Assembly (NCBI GenBank): GCA_012839845.1
Contig: DUMM01000118.1
Span: 1 to 57,305, forward strand
Source: Bacillota bacterium
Lineage (GTDB): Bacteria > Bacillota > Limnochordia > DTU087
Direction of reading: 5' to 3'
DNA length: 57,305 bases
The position numbers and the translations under genes were made by a program. Numbering within the stretch: the first letter of the stretch is position 1; each line of letters begins with the position of its first letter. Shown one piece after another: positions 55,962 through 57,305 of the stretch. The notes beneath the pieces are model-generated. The model was given only the letters and a program-made list of their open reading frames with translations. It was not told where the DNA came from and did no database searches.

Positions 55962-56717
55962 CTACTCGGACTCTGATTCCTCCGTTGCCACGGGCTCTGC
56001 GCTGCTGAGGCCCAAACGGAGGATGACAATATCAACTCTGCGGTTCCGTGCTCTGCCCTCCGGCGTGTCGTTGGTATCAATAGGCCGATACTCCCCATAT
56101 CCGGCAGCAGACAGCCTTTCAGGATCAAGGCCCTGCTCCTCAATTAGATAACGGATCACACTGGTTGCCCGTGCGGTTGAAAGTTCCCAGTTGGAGGGGA
56201 ATCGGGGTGTATTAATAGGTAGATTATCGGTATGGCCTTCTACCCGGACGTGGTTGGGCAGCGGCCGCAAGACTTCAGCGATTTTCTCCAGCACCGACAA
56301 CGTATCGGGCCGCAGGTCAGCCTTGCCCAGATCGAAAAACGCCCGTTCGGCAAATCTTATCACCAGACCCCTTTCCTCCAAGACCAAGTCCACTGTACCA
56401 GAAAGCTCTCCCATGGCAATCATACTCTGCATCTGCTCATAGACGGCCTTAATCTGGTCCAACTCCTCCCTTGGAATTGACGGCATCTCGCTGCTGATCG
56501 GAGTGGGTACCACTGACACAGTCTGGCCGCCGGGGAGCACTCCCAAAGCCCCCTGCAGTGCGATCATGAGACTTTGGAACTTCTGAGCGTCAACTGTGGA
56601 GAACGAATACAGCAAGACGAAAAAGGTCAGAAGCAGGGTAACCATGTCGCCGTAAGTCGTCAGCCAGGGCGCATCTCCTCCCTGGTCCCGCCGCCTGCGC
56701 TGGTAACGATTATACAT
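55962..56717 (-). CDS. motB: Flagellar stator protein MotB (OmpA-like C-terminal domain)
   Basis: APWLTTYGDMVTLLLTFFVLL with the conserved Asp. The C-terminal domain reads VEGHTDNLPI...SNWELSTARATSV...NRRVDI. Confidence 0.92.
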   Translation of the reverse strand: MYNRYQRRRRDQGGDAPWLTTYGDMVTLLLTFFVLLYSFSTVDAQKFQSLMIALQGALGVLPGGQTVSVVPTPISSEMPSIPREELDQIKAVYEQMQSMIAMGELSGTVDLVLEERGLVIRFAERAFFDLGKADLRPDTLSVLEKIAEVLRPLPNHVRVEGHTDNLPINTPRFPSNWELSTARATSVIRYLIEEQGLDPERLSAAGYGEYRPIDTNDTPEGRARNRRVDIVILRLGLSSAEPVATEESESE

Positions 56718-57305
56718 TTGTTCTCACCGTCCGCGTACGCAAGCCTCTAACCTCTTCTTCGACCCCACGGCCTCTAATCCGATATCGCTCTTGCGGCGGC
56801 AAGAAAGCCGTCAGCTTCTCCTCAACTAAGCGCGGGTTCTCGCCGGCTTGGATGGAGAGAATTCCTTCCAACATAATGTGCCGGTAAAGTACTTCTTCAT
56901 CGCTGCGGTTCTTGAGTTTTCCTGCGATGGGCAGAAATACTAAGTTAGCCAAAATCACGCCGTAGAAGGTTGTAACCAGCGCCAGGGCCATGCCTGGGGC
57001 AATCTTGTCCACATCATCAATGCTTGCCAACATGTTGATCAGCCCGATGAGGGTGCCGAGCATACCAAAAGCTGGTGCATACTTGGCCATGTCTTCGAAA
57101 ATAGCCTGACCGGCGCGATGGCGGTCTTCCTGAAACGCAAGCTCAATCTCCAAAACATTGCGAACTAGGTCAGGATCGGTCCCATCCACGATGAGCTGAA
57201 TACCCTTACGCAAAAAGCCGTCTTCGATCTGTGCAGCTTCCTCTTCCATCGCCAAGAGACCCTCCCGCCGAGCTTTCTCCGCCAATGCCACCAGCTGGTC
57301 AATCA
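56710..57305 (-). CDS. motA: Flagellar stator protein MotA (partial; the 5' end lies beyond the window)
   Basis: AFGMLGTLIGLINML...ALVTTFYGVILANLVFLPIAGKL. The reading frame stays open to the window edge. Confidence 0.9.
   Translation of the reverse strand, partial: IDQLVALAEKARREGLLAMEEEAAQIEDGFLRKGIQLIVDGTDPDLVRNVLEIELAFQEDRHRAGQAIFEDMAKYAPAFGMLGTLIGLINMLASIDDVDKIAPGMALALVTTFYGVILANLVFLPIAGKLKNRSDEEVLYRHIMLEGILSIQAGENPRLVEEKLTAFLPPQERYRIRGRGVEEEVRGLRTRTVRTNV

Noticed and set aside
1-57305. A scan for CRISPR arrays, tRNA or rRNA genes, IS or transposase genes, integrases, and long direct or inverted repeats flanking the accessory operon.
   Set aside because: I recognised none by eye. There are no regularly spaced repeats, no transposase- or integrase-like translations in the ORF track, and no cloverleaf-like GC-rich ~75-nt islands in the intergenic regions. 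A computational scan (tRNAscan, Infernal, repeat finder) would still be needed for certainty.

Overview
This 57.3-kb window looks like a moderately GC-rich, spore-forming, flagellated Firmicute (Clostridia-like). Almost every gene is on the minus strand.

From high to low coordinates the window holds:
- The distal part of a flagellar operon: motA (partial), motB, fliL, a FliN-type switch protein, fliO, fliP, fliQ, fliR, flhB, flhA, flhF, flhG and fliA, followed by two unknown genes.
- A conserved Bacillus-like housekeeping block: rpsB, tsf, pyrH, frr, uppS, cdsA, an AI-2E permease, dxr, rseP, ispG, proS, a GT2 glycosyltransferase, polC, rimP, nusA, ylxR, ylxQ, infB, rbfA, nrnA, truB, ribF, rpsO and pnp.
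- A DUF3866/EndoQ-like gene pair and a histidine phosphatase.
- A sporulation and nucleoside block: spoIIM, deoB, pdp, dacF, spoIIAA, spoIIAB and sigF.
- A GNAT acetyltransferase and a plus-strand alpha/beta-SASP-like gene.
- At the left end, the only clearly accessory locus: a five-gene operon (573-6298) encoding ExbB, ExbD, a TonB-family protein, a large lipoprotein with CARDB-like and cohesin-like domains, and an SLH/coiled-coil/C-terminal-TM protein with Thermotoga Omp-alpha architecture.

The most notable observations are:
- This TonB-type motor operon carries no receptor gene and sits in an otherwise monoderm-looking context.
- PolC cleanly lacks its 3'-5' exonuclease insertion.
- ylxQ is split by a single in-frame TGA, yet is translationally coupled to its neighbours at both ends.
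- NusA carries a roughly 240-aa acidic tail.
- A single atypical FliN-family protein sits where fliM, fliY and cheY are usually found.

I recognised no rRNA, tRNA, CRISPR array or IS element. All domain calls come from reading the translations by eye, and no searches were run.
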